A stretch of 64,000 bases of DNA, taken from positions 81,530,001-81,594,000 of the forward strand of contig JAGIQG010000009.1 of assembly GCA_024679065.1 (NCBI GenBank), given 5' to 3'. The DNA is from Sphyrna mokarran (taxonomy: Eukaryota). Shown here piece after piece: positions 1-10,201 of this stretch (position 1 is its first letter; the number at the start of each line of letters is the position of its first letter). The notes below the pieces were generated by a model, which saw only the letters and a program-made list of their open reading frames with translations, was not told the DNA's origin and made no database searches. A program made the translations under genes and the position numbers.

Positions 1-919
1 GCAGGTCTTCCAAGAAATCAAGGATCTTGAGAAGGCGGAGATACTAGGAGTGGCCAGCCAATCACAGTGCCAGTAGTATTTCATTGTGGTCAGGACCACC
101 AGGGAGGTGCCAACAATGAACAAACCAGAGGCTCAGGGTCAGTGAGGGGACCAGGGCTGAGTCAGAATGGGCATGGACTTGTGAAGAGGGGGGCACAGGT
201 TGCAGCGGGGAGTGGGAAGAGGGATAGATGAAAGGATAGAGTGGCTGTCAGCTGGCCTCTCCTTCCCAGATCTGGATTCTTTGATCAGGCACTGGGGTGT
301 CCGACGAAGAGGTAACTGCCTGGGAACTCAGAAACAAACCTGACAAAGTTTAGCTTTTCAAGCTGCCCAGTCTACTACAGGGTGAGTGCCAAGGGAGGTA
401 GGATGAAGCCCTGAAGTGGGTGTTAGTTGCTACAAAAGGCCTCAATTGGTGTTGGGGCAGGATAGCTGTATCTGAACCTCAATTAGGGCAGAGGTGGGAA
501 GGTGACTGAGTCCCTGCCTCACATCCTCCAGCTCAATTATATGTCCTCCATTTCCAAATCTGCCTCAGGGGAGGTCATCAAATTAGGCCACAATTAATAT
601 TATAAATTATATTAGATGTGCATATATTAATATTGATTTGTTTTGAAAACCCTCACAGCTCACTGTGCTTTTTAACTTATTGTCATCTGCAAATATGGAT
701 ATAAAACCCTCTATTTCTTCACGGTCAACAGATGAGGTCTCTGCCCATATCCCCAGGGAATACCACCAGTCATATCCTGACAATCTGAGACATTTTATCC
801 CCACTCTGTCTTTCCAAAAGATCCCACATCTTTCCAACCAATTCCAAACCTATGTAACAAGTCTATTCTAATGGTATTGTTCTGGAAGATGTATTCATTT
901 TACCCTCCCTTTACCTAAC

Positions 920-1100
920 AGGGGGTTAGTTAAATGGCTGATTTGTGCTGCAGAGCAGCACTACCACTGCGGGTTCAATTCCTGGCTGAAGTTATTCATA
1001 AAGGCCCTACCTTCTCAATTTTGCTCCTTGCCTGAGGTACTGTGGTCCTCAGGTTAAAATCACCACCAGTCCTTCAAAGGGGAGAGCAGCCTATTGGAGA
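920..1100 (+). mobile_element. Decayed tRNA-derived SINE
   Basis: A-box-like GGTTAGTTAAATGG and B-box GGTTCAATTCC, followed by a SINE-like body; family not assigned. Confidence 0.5.
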
Positions 1101-1148
1101 CTTGCCTTTATTTAATTATCATTACATCATCTTGCCTTTCTTGATTTT

Positions 1149-1380
1149 CTCAGTAAGAATCTAGCAACACCAATTTTAAATCCAACCGATTTATTTGATA
1201 GTAAATCTGCAAGCTTTTGGCCTTTGTAGCCTTCGTCAAGCGAATGAGATGTTCTGACGAAGGCTACAAAGGCCAAAAGCTTGTAGATTTACTATCAAAT
1301 AAATCGGTTGGATTTAAAATTGGTGTTGCCAGATTCTTACTGAGTTTACCTCAGTCCAATGCCGGCATCTCTACATCATT
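1149..1380. mobile_element. Penelope-like element terminal fragment arranged as a ~90-bp-arm inverted repeat
   Basis: 1149-1240 is the near-perfect reverse complement of 1254-1344; contains a degenerate hammerhead core CTGACGA..AAAAGCTT and AATAAA; same family as 27962-28119. Confidence 0.7.
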
Positions 1381-1809
1381 TCTTGATTTTCCCCAGAAGG
1401 GAAATGCAGCAGGGGACTGCCATTGTCTCTTTTAGCTGTGTGTCTGATGTGTCAGTGTGAAGGGGAGAATTCACGTATATTGTTTTATTTGCTTTTCTTC
1501 CTTCATAAGACTTCCTAAAAAAAGAATTAGAATCCTGTGATGATTGTAACTGGGCTAAAACCTTACATTCTACATTTTTATAAATATGTCCTCTTGGTTA
1601 GTTTCTAAAATCTAAAAACTGTATCTTTTAAGTGACTGAAATCATATCTATCTGTAGCCTTTGAACAAAAGGAGCTAATCTGGCAGTATTAGGAAAATGT
1701 GTATCTTGTTATCTCTGAAGAGATCTTAATCCCTTTGAGTTGCACAGGCCAAATTCAAAGGGAACTACACAAAGGCTGTCTGCATTTCAGAACCAAGACT
1801 ACGAACCAG

Positions 1810-1909
1810 NNNNNNNNNNNNNNNNNNNNNNNNNNNNNNNNNNNNNNNNNNNNNNNNNNNNNNNNNNNNNNNNNNNNNNNNNNNNNNNNNNNNNNNNNNN
1901 NNNNNNNNN
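1810..1909. other. Assembly gap (100 N)
   Basis: Run of 100 N. Confidence 1.
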
Positions 1910-2244
1910 TCAATAAGAGTTTCCTCTTGCTCGGTTGACTGCAGCGCAGGGGTTTGGTCAGAAGGCTGAGACCTTCCTTGGCTCCAGCTTTGCCGTCTTC
2001 TTTGCCCCGTCCATCCAGCAGCAAGGCGCCGTCGCGGTCCGCCCCGGAGCTTAGCCCCACTCCCACCACCCCGGGCTCGGACTCCGCGGCGAAGCCCACC
2101 TGCAGCTTCTTGGCATCGCCAGAGCCATCACCATTCCTGGACTTGAGCCCCATGGTCAGCAGTAGCAGCAGCAACAGCAGCAGCAGGCACGCCGATGCTC
2201 AGTGTAGGCAGGATGGCGGAAAGCCTGCAGGAGACAAATGCCAT
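1910..2244 (-). pseudogene. GC-rich 5' fragment of a putative type II membrane protein (possibly GT31 beta-1,3-glycosyltransferase-like); one frameshift; truncated by the gap
   Basis: GCCATGG Kozak ATG at 2244 (MAFVSCRLSAILPTLSI), then after a 1-nt shift a poly-Leu hydrophobic segment, a G-rich stem and LSLLTKPLRCSQPSKRKLLL; family is guessed from resemblance only. Confidence 0.3.
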
Positions 2245-2382
2245 GGCTCGCAAACACAGAGCACAGCTCCAGCCAAGAGGTCCCATCAGGATCTTTGGGC
2301 AGTGGGAAGATCTGTTTGAGTCTCCCCCTTTTTAATCAGGTTGGATGGCGAGCATCACGCCCCTGACTTTTTGTTTTACCTG

Positions 2383-3494
2383 TAGAACATAGAACATTAC
2401 AGCACAGAACAGGCCCTTCGGCCTTCGATGTTGCGCCGACCAATATAAAAAGCAATGCCCCTCCAAACTAAACCATTCCCTTCTCTTCCATATACTTATC
2501 AACTAACCTCTTAAACGCCACCAAAATTGGCACATCTACAACTGCTGCAGGCAGGGCATTCCACTCCCGAACCACCCTTTGGGTAAAGAACCTGCCTCTG
2601 ATATCCGTCCTATAACTATCACCCCTTAATTTAAAGCTGTGTCCCCTCGTGCTAGCTTTTTCCATCCCAGGAAAAAGGCTATCACTGTCCACCCTATCTA
2701 AACCTCTAATCATCTTATATGTTTCGATAAGGTCCCCTCTTAGCCGCCTCCTTTCTAACGAAAACAACCTCAAATCCCTCAGCCTCTCTTCATAAGACCT
2801 GCACTCCATACCAGGCAACATCCTGATAAACCTCCTCTGTACCCTCTCCAATGCCTCCACATCTTTCTTATACTGTGGGGACCAGAACTGCACACAATAC
2901 TCCAAGTGCGGCCGCACTAGAGTTTTGTACAGTTGCAACATGACGTTGCGGCTCCGAAATTCAATCCCCCTACCAATAAAAGCTAAGACTCCATATGCCT
3001 TTTAACAACCTTCTCGACTTGACTGCCTACTTTCAGGGATCTATGCACATACACACCAAGATCCCTCTGTTCATCTAGACTACTAAGAATCCTACCATTT
3101 GCCCTATACTCTACACATTTATTATTTCGGCCATAGTGCATTACCTCACACTTTTCCACATTAAACTCCATTTGCCACCTCTCGGCCCAGCTCTGCAACT
3201 TGTCCAAGTCCCTCTGCAAACTATAACACCCCTCTTCACTATCTACCACTCCACCGACTTTAGTGTCATCTGCAAATTTACTAATCCATCCTTCAGTACC
3301 CTCATCCAGATCATTTATAAAAATTACAAACAGCAGGGGCCCCAAAACAGACCCCTGAGGTACGCCACTTGTCACCGAACTCCAAGATGAATATCTCCCA
3401 TCAACGACCACCCTCTGTCTTCTATCTGCTAGCCAATTCCTAACCCAATTAGCTAAATCACCCTCTATCCCATACATCTGCATTTTCTGCAGAA
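2383..3494 (-). mobile_element. 5'-truncated CR1-type LINE (RT C-terminal part)
   Basis: GVPQGSVLGPLLF, KFADDTK and [15 protein letters not shown] motifs; (TGTTCTA)n 3' tail. Confidence 0.95.
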
Positions 3495-3690
3495 GTGGGA
3501 CACTAAGGGGCAATTTAGCATGGCCAATCAACTTAACCCGCACATATTTGATTGTGGAAGGAATCCGGAGCACCCAAAGAAAATCCACGCAGACACGGGG
3601 AGAATGTGCAAATTCCACAGTGATCCAAACCGGAAATCAAGCCCAGGTCCTTGAAGGTGTTGGACAGAAGTGTTAACCACTGTGCCACTT
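3495..3690 (-). mobile_element. tRNA-derived SINE (HE1-like), partial
   Basis: Reverse complement of the GGCACAGTGGTTA..GTGGAATTTGCACATTCTCCCCGTGTCTGCGTGG core; paralogous to 31255-31580. Confidence 0.8.
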
Positions 3691-4072
3691 GGTTCTTAAC
3701 CATGACCAGGGTGTGGGAATAAAAATCTTCTTAAAGTTGCTGGCAATGTTGTTCTATTTGTGATTCTTTGGAAATAAAAACACAAGTTGCATTCTGCTCA
3801 AGGGGGGAATGGATTCAGCAATCTGAAAATTTAAACTGTTGTTGCAAAGAGTTCACTCTGGGCCCGATCTTACCAATTGGAGCCTAAGGGATCCAGATTT
3901 AATACTGCTCCGAGCCCGGAATTGTCACTGCAGCGAGCCCGTATGCTTCTTATATATATTTTGAAATAATGTAGCATCTTCTTTGTGCTGCCTAATTATC
4001 TATGGGAAAGGTAATTAAAGTACAGTGTCCGAGTGAGCAATTAGTGAGCTGTATGTCCCTGTAACCATGAGC

Positions 4073-4523
4073 CAGGTGCTCAAATGTTCAGTCATGTGGG
4101 GAACTTGGAAGAATTGTCCCCGTGGTGGAACTTGGTTGGAAATAAGATTTAAGGAGATTATTAAATCTGGGAAATCAACCACAGTGAAAAGAAGTTTGTA
4201 TTGGCAACTCTTCTCTCACATTCCATGGCAGATGTGTCCCTAATTATGAATGTGATTTGCACGGACAACGTTGGGTGCAGCTAATCTGCCTCTGGAGCAG
4301 CCTTGGATCCTTTCGTTCTTCTTTTCATCTGAACACTGCACAGAATTAGAGGAATTCCCTTTGGAAAATAATGTCAAAATTATAATGGCAGGAACTAAAA
4401 ACCCAACAGTCAAAAATTTGGGAAAATATTTCAAAATACGGATGGGAGGGTATATATATTGAAATATTTTCCCAAAGACTGTCAGATTGGAAGATTGAAA
4501 TGTAATCAACAGAGGAAGTGAAA
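4073..4523. promoter_or_regulatory. Candidate Ig kappa 3' enhancer of cluster 1
   Basis: CAGGTG 4073, muE3-like GTCATGTGG 4091, RUNX AACCACA 4177, GGAATTCCC ~4351 and Ets-IRF GAGGAAGTGAAA 4512-4523 in non-coding DNA about 2 kb 3' of C; retained in all units. Confidence 0.45.
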
Positions 4524-5521
4524 GAAGCAGCCGAATATTTGTTACTGAGACGGGAACAATTATCTGAACAACATTAAACTTTCAGACTCAAAAGAAATAA
4601 AAACACTAGCAGTGGAGGGGGTGGGAGGAATCTTGGAGACTGACACCGACAGGAACAATCTAAACAGCTGAAACTCCCATTTCCTCAGTCCCTGCCCGTC
4701 ACTGCTCAGGAACTCCCCGAGGGAAACCCTCTCGCTCTGTCACTCTCTCACTCTGTCTCTCTCTCTGTGCTTCTGTCTTTCTCTCCTCTCTCTCACTCTT
4801 CTCCTGGATGAAAGCATTAATAATTTGCAGCAAATTAATTCATTTTCATCTTTCTAATTATTTGAAAAATTCACTGAGTGACATTTTGAGTCCCCAATCT
4901 AAATTTTTCCTTCTCACTCACTACACCTGACACCAGGAAATGGTCAATACCGTTTTACTGTACCAGTTCGAGCAGCTGGATGTTTGTTACTGAGACGGGA
5001 GAAAATGGTGAACCGTGTTCACTACCTCCAATCTCCCAGCACAGAAGGCACAGTGGAATACAGTCAGGAGGGAGTTATCCTGGGAATCCTCAACAACATT
5101 CCCGACTCCATGCTGTCACTGGGTACCATGTCAAACACACACAAGGAAACCTCCTCTGGTTACCACATACCGTCCCCCTCAGCTGATGAACCAGTTCTCC
5201 TCCATGTTGAACACCACTTGGAGGAAGCACTGAGGGTGGGAAGGACACAGAATGTACTCTGGGTGGGGAATTCAATGTCCATCACCAAGAGTTACTTGTT
5301 GAAACAATGGGAGTAGTGAGACCGTGTGAGAGGGGAAGGTCAAGGGGGAGGCGGTGAATATGGGATGGAGAATTGTGATTGTGATGGTTTAATCCCAGCA
5401 ACTTTCAGATTCTTTTCTATTTTCAATCTTGTCACTCAAGGGATTCCAGATCTAACCGATCATTTTCAAATAATTGATCACTGGATTTGAATCCAATCTT
5501 CTGCTGATGTATCATTGATGA

Positions 5522-5840
5522 TGATGTGGAGATGTCGGCGTTGGACTCGGGTAAACACAGTAAGAAGTCTCACACCACCCGGTTAAAGTCCAACAGGTTT
5601 ATTTAGTAGCACAAACCACTCACTTTTGGAGCACTGACCCTTCATCAGGTGAGTGGGAATTCTGTTCACAAACAGGGCATTTAAACACAAAATTGTAAAT
5701 TATGTTTATATCTTTATATGCCCTGTTTGTGAACAGAATTCCCACTCACCTGATGAAGGGTCAGTGCTCCGAAAGCGAGTGGTTTGTGCTACTAAATAAA
5801 CCTGTTGGACTTTAACCTGGTGTCAGACTGCTTACTGTGT
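5522..5840. mobile_element. Penelope-like terminal inverted repeat (~125-bp arms) with degenerate hammerhead motifs
   Basis: 5555-5680 is the reverse complement of ~5718-5840; CACCTGATGAAGGG..CTCCGAAAG, AATAAACCTGTTGGACTTTAACCTGGTG. Confidence 0.75.
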
Positions 5841-6057
5841 CATTGATTGACAGTCCAAGCAACCAATCAGGACAATCACTTGGCGAAATGCAGCCAATCA
5901 GCTGATGGGGAGGTGGGACATTTCCAAAGCACTCACCAGACATATACTGAATATTCTTAATGTTTATTACCTTTTACACATTGACAGTGACAGAAAAAAG
6001 ACTTGAATAAACAGCCCAGCCAGAGGAAGCTGGAGAAATTCACAGGGAGAATGGAGG

Positions 6058-6063
6058 TTTATT
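6058..6063 (-). terminator. Polyadenylation signal of cluster 1 C exon
   Basis: AATAAA on the minus strand ~380 nt after the C stop codon; conserved in cluster 2 (33942-33947). Confidence 0.7.
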
Positions 6064-6442
6064 AAAACACTTGTGGAGATTTTCTCAATAACATGAGAAT
6101 CCTGTCCCTTTAAACAGTGACTAAATCTTCAATTGTAACTGCAAGGTGAGCAGGAAGGAGGTCTGGTTTACTAAAGCAGAAACTTCAGAGGGTCACATTC
6201 TTTCTGAACAGCTGACAGTCTTCACCACTCCCAATAAATGAACAGCACGGGGTTAATAGAGAGGAAAGTTCCCTCTACAATATCCCAACAATGTTCTTTA
6301 ACTCCTGACCCTCAGAAGTGTCTCAGACCCAGTCCCAGGAAGGAAGAGAATTGTAATTCAATGCTGACGGTGACCTTTACCCTTCCAGCTCACCCCTGTT
6401 CTATTCCAAGTTGTGTCTCCTCTGTGGACTGTCTCTAACACT

Positions 6443-6771
6443 CTAGGCACATTCTGAACTCCTGACACTCTTGCTGAGGGGAGAGGAGAGGCTCACGTGG
6501 GTGAGGGCACAGGAGAAGCGAGCATTGGACTCCCAGTCGGAGCCAGAGAGGGTCAGCAGGCTGCTGACGCTGTAGGTGTTGTCCGAAGCTCGCAGGTAGT
6601 TGCTGGTCTGAATCCCGTTGGAAATGGCTGCACCGTCCTTCTTCCACTTCACCTCCACCTCATCGGGATAGAAGTGATCGGCAAGGCACACCAGGGTGGC
6701 AGTGCCCTTGGTCTTGGCCTCCTCCGGGGAGGGGGGCAGCAGGGTCAGCGTGGGTTGTGAATTCTCACGGG
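6443..6771 (-). CDS. IGKC: Ig kappa (type III/NS4-like) light chain constant exon, cluster 1
   Basis: Acceptor TTTCAG, phase 1; (T)RENSQPTLTLLPPSPEEAKTKGTATLVCLADHFYPD..WKKDG..FSCALTH..SSECA*; C1-set Cys/Trp/Cys and penultimate interchain Cys; closely resembles the shark NS4 C region. Confidence 0.97.
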
Positions 6772-8579
6772 CTGAAAGAGAAGAGAAGGAATTTTAATCA
6801 CTGCCATTTTCAGCCTTTCAACATCCCGAATATTAACTGGGATCAAATCAGTGTCAATGATTTGATGTTGCAGAATTCTGAAAATCCATTCCAGGGGAAC
6901 GTTTTTAACCAGTACGGAGCAATCCCAACAAGAGAAGGGTCAATTTTAGCAGTTTTAGAGAATGAAACACAGCATGTGGAAGGTGTATCAGTGAGAGAGC
7001 ATTTGGGTAATAATGATCATAATAGATTTAGAGTAGCTCCGGAAAAGGGGAAAGATCGATCAAGAGTAAACGTTTTAAATGGGAAAAGGCCAATTTCACA
7101 ACAGTGGAATTTGTCAAAATGGAAAGGAAACAGTGACTTGAAGGTAAATCAGTGTCAGAGCAGTGGGAGGATATTCGAGCTGGAGATAGAGTTCAGGACA
7201 TATATGTTCATCAAGCAATAGTGTGGGACATTGCAAAGAGAATAACTAAGGATTAAATAGGGCTGATTAGAGAGCAAAAAGGTAACTTGTGTGTGGAAGG
7301 ACAAAGTTGACATTGTGGTTCAGGAGAGGAGGTATTGTGAAATAATTAATGGGATAATGATAGTGAGCGAGGAGATATTAATGTGTTTATCACCATTTAA
7401 AATGGAGAAATTCCCAGGGTCGGGTGAAATGTATCCCAGGATGTGAAGGGAAGCAAGGGAAGAAATAACAGAGACTCTGACCATTATTTTCCAATCCTCT
7501 CTGTGTACAGGTGTGGTATGGGTGGACTGGAGGATAGATCACGCTTTTTAAAACTAAAAGCTGATGGAATCCAAGGGAAAGTGGCACATTCGAATTCAAA
7601 TTAGTTCCGTGTCTGAAGGTAAAGGTTTGATTTGAAGCTGGTTAAATCATTTTGCAATCTTACTGAAACTGTAAAGAAGATTACTACAAATTCAGTACAG
7701 AAATGGTTAATTTTGAGAATATTTAAAGACACGGTGTCCCTTTAAGAGACTGTTAACCAATCAGGAAGCTGGAACTATTGCTCAGTCTGTCTGGGGGGAA
7801 ACAGGTTGAGCATCAACAAACCTCAGATCACACACGGATCAGGAGAACTTTATCCCAGAACATTGGAGCAGACTTGGATCAACACACTTCACACAGGATT
7901 CCCATTGGCTGGTGTGGAAACTTCGAGATTTCATTTCAAACCTTACTGTCCAGCATTGGGCTGAGGTCAAGGGTGAGGGTAGAATTCTTCCCAGGGTCCA
8001 GGGGTCAGACAGCGTCATTGCTACGAATGACCCCATGAACTCTGGAGGGTGCTTTTATGTTATGAATGGGAGAGAGTCAGGATCAGGAATCTCCAATCTC
8101 ACAGACAGAATTACATTTCTATAGCACCTGTCACCAACTCAGAATGTCCCAATGTTTTACAGCTCACTGTGCACAGCAAGATCCCAGGGAACAGAGTGCG
8201 AAAGAACAGATAAGCAGATTTGTAGTGATGTTGATTGAGGGATGAATATTGACCAGTTCACCGGGGTGAACTCCCCTGCTCTTCTTCCAATAGTACCATG
8301 GGATCTTTTACACCCCCTGAGACGACACATATCAAATTGTCTCATCTGAAAGATGGGAGGCCTGTAGTTTAGAGGAGGGGATATGACAGGTGCTGGCCCT
8401 TTCCCCATGAAGATTTTGGAAGTGGATGGGGAAAGTGGGAGGTGAACTAGAGAAACATCTTTGTTGCTGCTGAAACTCTTGCTATCTGCTCAGTCACAAC
8501 GAATAAACACACAGACACATCAGACAAACATCAGTCTGTTACTGTGGATTCTCTGCTGCTTTCAGTTCAATGAAGAGTG

Positions 8580-9420
8580 CAGGAAGACATGCCAGGAGCA
8601 ACAACAGACAGACTGAAAAATGAGGTGTTAACCTGGTGAAGCTACAACACAGAGACTGTGTGCCAAACAGCAGAAGCAGCAAGTGATAGACAGAGTTAAA
8701 CCGTCCCACAACCAATGGATCGGATCTAAGCTCTACAGACCTGCCACATCCAGCCATGAACGGTGGTGGACAATTAAACAACTCACTGGAGGACGAGGCA
8801 CCACAAATATTCCCATCTTCAATGATGGAGGAAACCAGCACATCAGTGCAAAAGATAAGGCTGAAGCATTTGCCAGAATCTTCAACCAGAAGTTCTGAGT
8901 GGATGATCCATCTCGACCTCCTCCAGAGGCCCTGAAGACTTCTACTCCAGAACTTTCCATGTCCCTAACCAAGCTGTTCCAGTACATCTACAACACTGGC
9001 ATCAACACAACATTGTGATAAATTACCCGGTTATGAACTGTGCACAAAAAACAGGACTAATCCAATCCTGCAATAACCACCCCATCAGTCTATTCTCGAT
9101 TATCAGCAATGTGATCTGAACATATCCAGAGCAATACCAAGCAGCACTTACTCAGCGATAATCTGCTCACTGACACTCAGTTTGTGTTCCACCAAGGTCA
9201 CTCAGCTCCTGATCTCATTACAGCCTTGGTTCAAACATGGAGAAAACAGCTGAACTCCAGAGGTGAGGTGAGAGAGACTGTCCTTAACATCAAGGCAGCA
9301 TTTCAGCAAGTGTGGCATCAAGGAGCCCTCACAAAACTGGAGCCAATGGGAATCAGGGGAAAACTCTCCACTGGTTGGAGTTGTACCCGGCACAAAGGAA
9401 GATGGTTGTTGTTTGGGGTT
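8580..9420 (+). mobile_element. Old decayed CR1/L2-clade LINE fragment in the J-C intron
   Basis: Degenerate RT motifs (IPIFNDGG..KDKAEAFA, HSAPDLITALVQTW, WHQGALTKL); shared with cluster 2 (37073-37915). Confidence 0.75.
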
Positions 9421-10201
9421 TGACTCTACAATCTATATTAATGAGCTGGATGAAGGGAATGAGAGGAATGTCACTAAACTTGCTGATGATAAAATGAAAA
9501 GTAGAAATGCATGTTGTGAGGTGGATACAGAGTCTGAAAAGGAATAGAGATAGGTTCAGTGAGTGGGGAAACATCGACAGATGGGGAATAATGTGGGAAA
9601 ATGAGGTTGTCCACATTGGCAGGAGAATAGAGCAGAATTCTAGTAAACTGGAGAAATTCTATTGAGTGATCTGGGTGTCTTTGCATCCAGGAACAGCAAA
9701 ATATTAGGAAGGCAAATGGAATGTTGCTCTTCATTCCAATGAGGATGAGTATAAAAGGAGGGATGTTTTACTACAGCACATTGGGAAAATCACACTGAGA
9801 ATATTGTGGACACTTAGGGTCTCCGTACTTAAGGAAAGATATAGTAGAATTGGAAAGAGTTCAGAGATGGTTCACTGGGCTGATTCCACCGAGTAAGGGA
9901 TTGTCTTACGAGGAAAGCTTGAGCAAGTTGGGCCAATACTCACTGAAGTAGAACTTATTCCACCGCCTCAGCACCATCTTCACCCGGGCAATTAGGGATG
10001 GGAGATAAATACTGGTCTGCAGAGAATCACAGGCAATAGGAACAGGAATAGGCCATTTGGCCCTTTGAGCCTGTTCCACTATTCATCATGGTCATGGCTG
10101 AGCATCCAATCAGTAGTTAGATCCTTTCTTCCCGTAAAATTATTTCATCCTTTTCATCCTAGTAGCTATATCTAACTCCTTCTTGGAAACGTACAATATT
10201 T

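Noticed and set aside
1-900. Short ORFs before the first gap
   Set aside because: No recognisable domain or splice structure; separate contig end
1954-2319. Ser/Pro-rich + strand ORF
   Set aside because: Probable antisense shadow of the GC-rich minus-strand fragment
3616-3643. CACAGTG-12-AATCAAGCC pseudo-RSS
   Set aside because: Lies within a SINE, nonamer only 5/9, and the heptamer is not kept in cluster 2
4180-4186. Kappa-deleting-element-like arrangement: CACAGTG 3' of C facing an intron heptamer at 16733-16739
   Set aside because: No nonamer at 12 or 23 spacing for either site, and isolated heptamers occur at several other positions here
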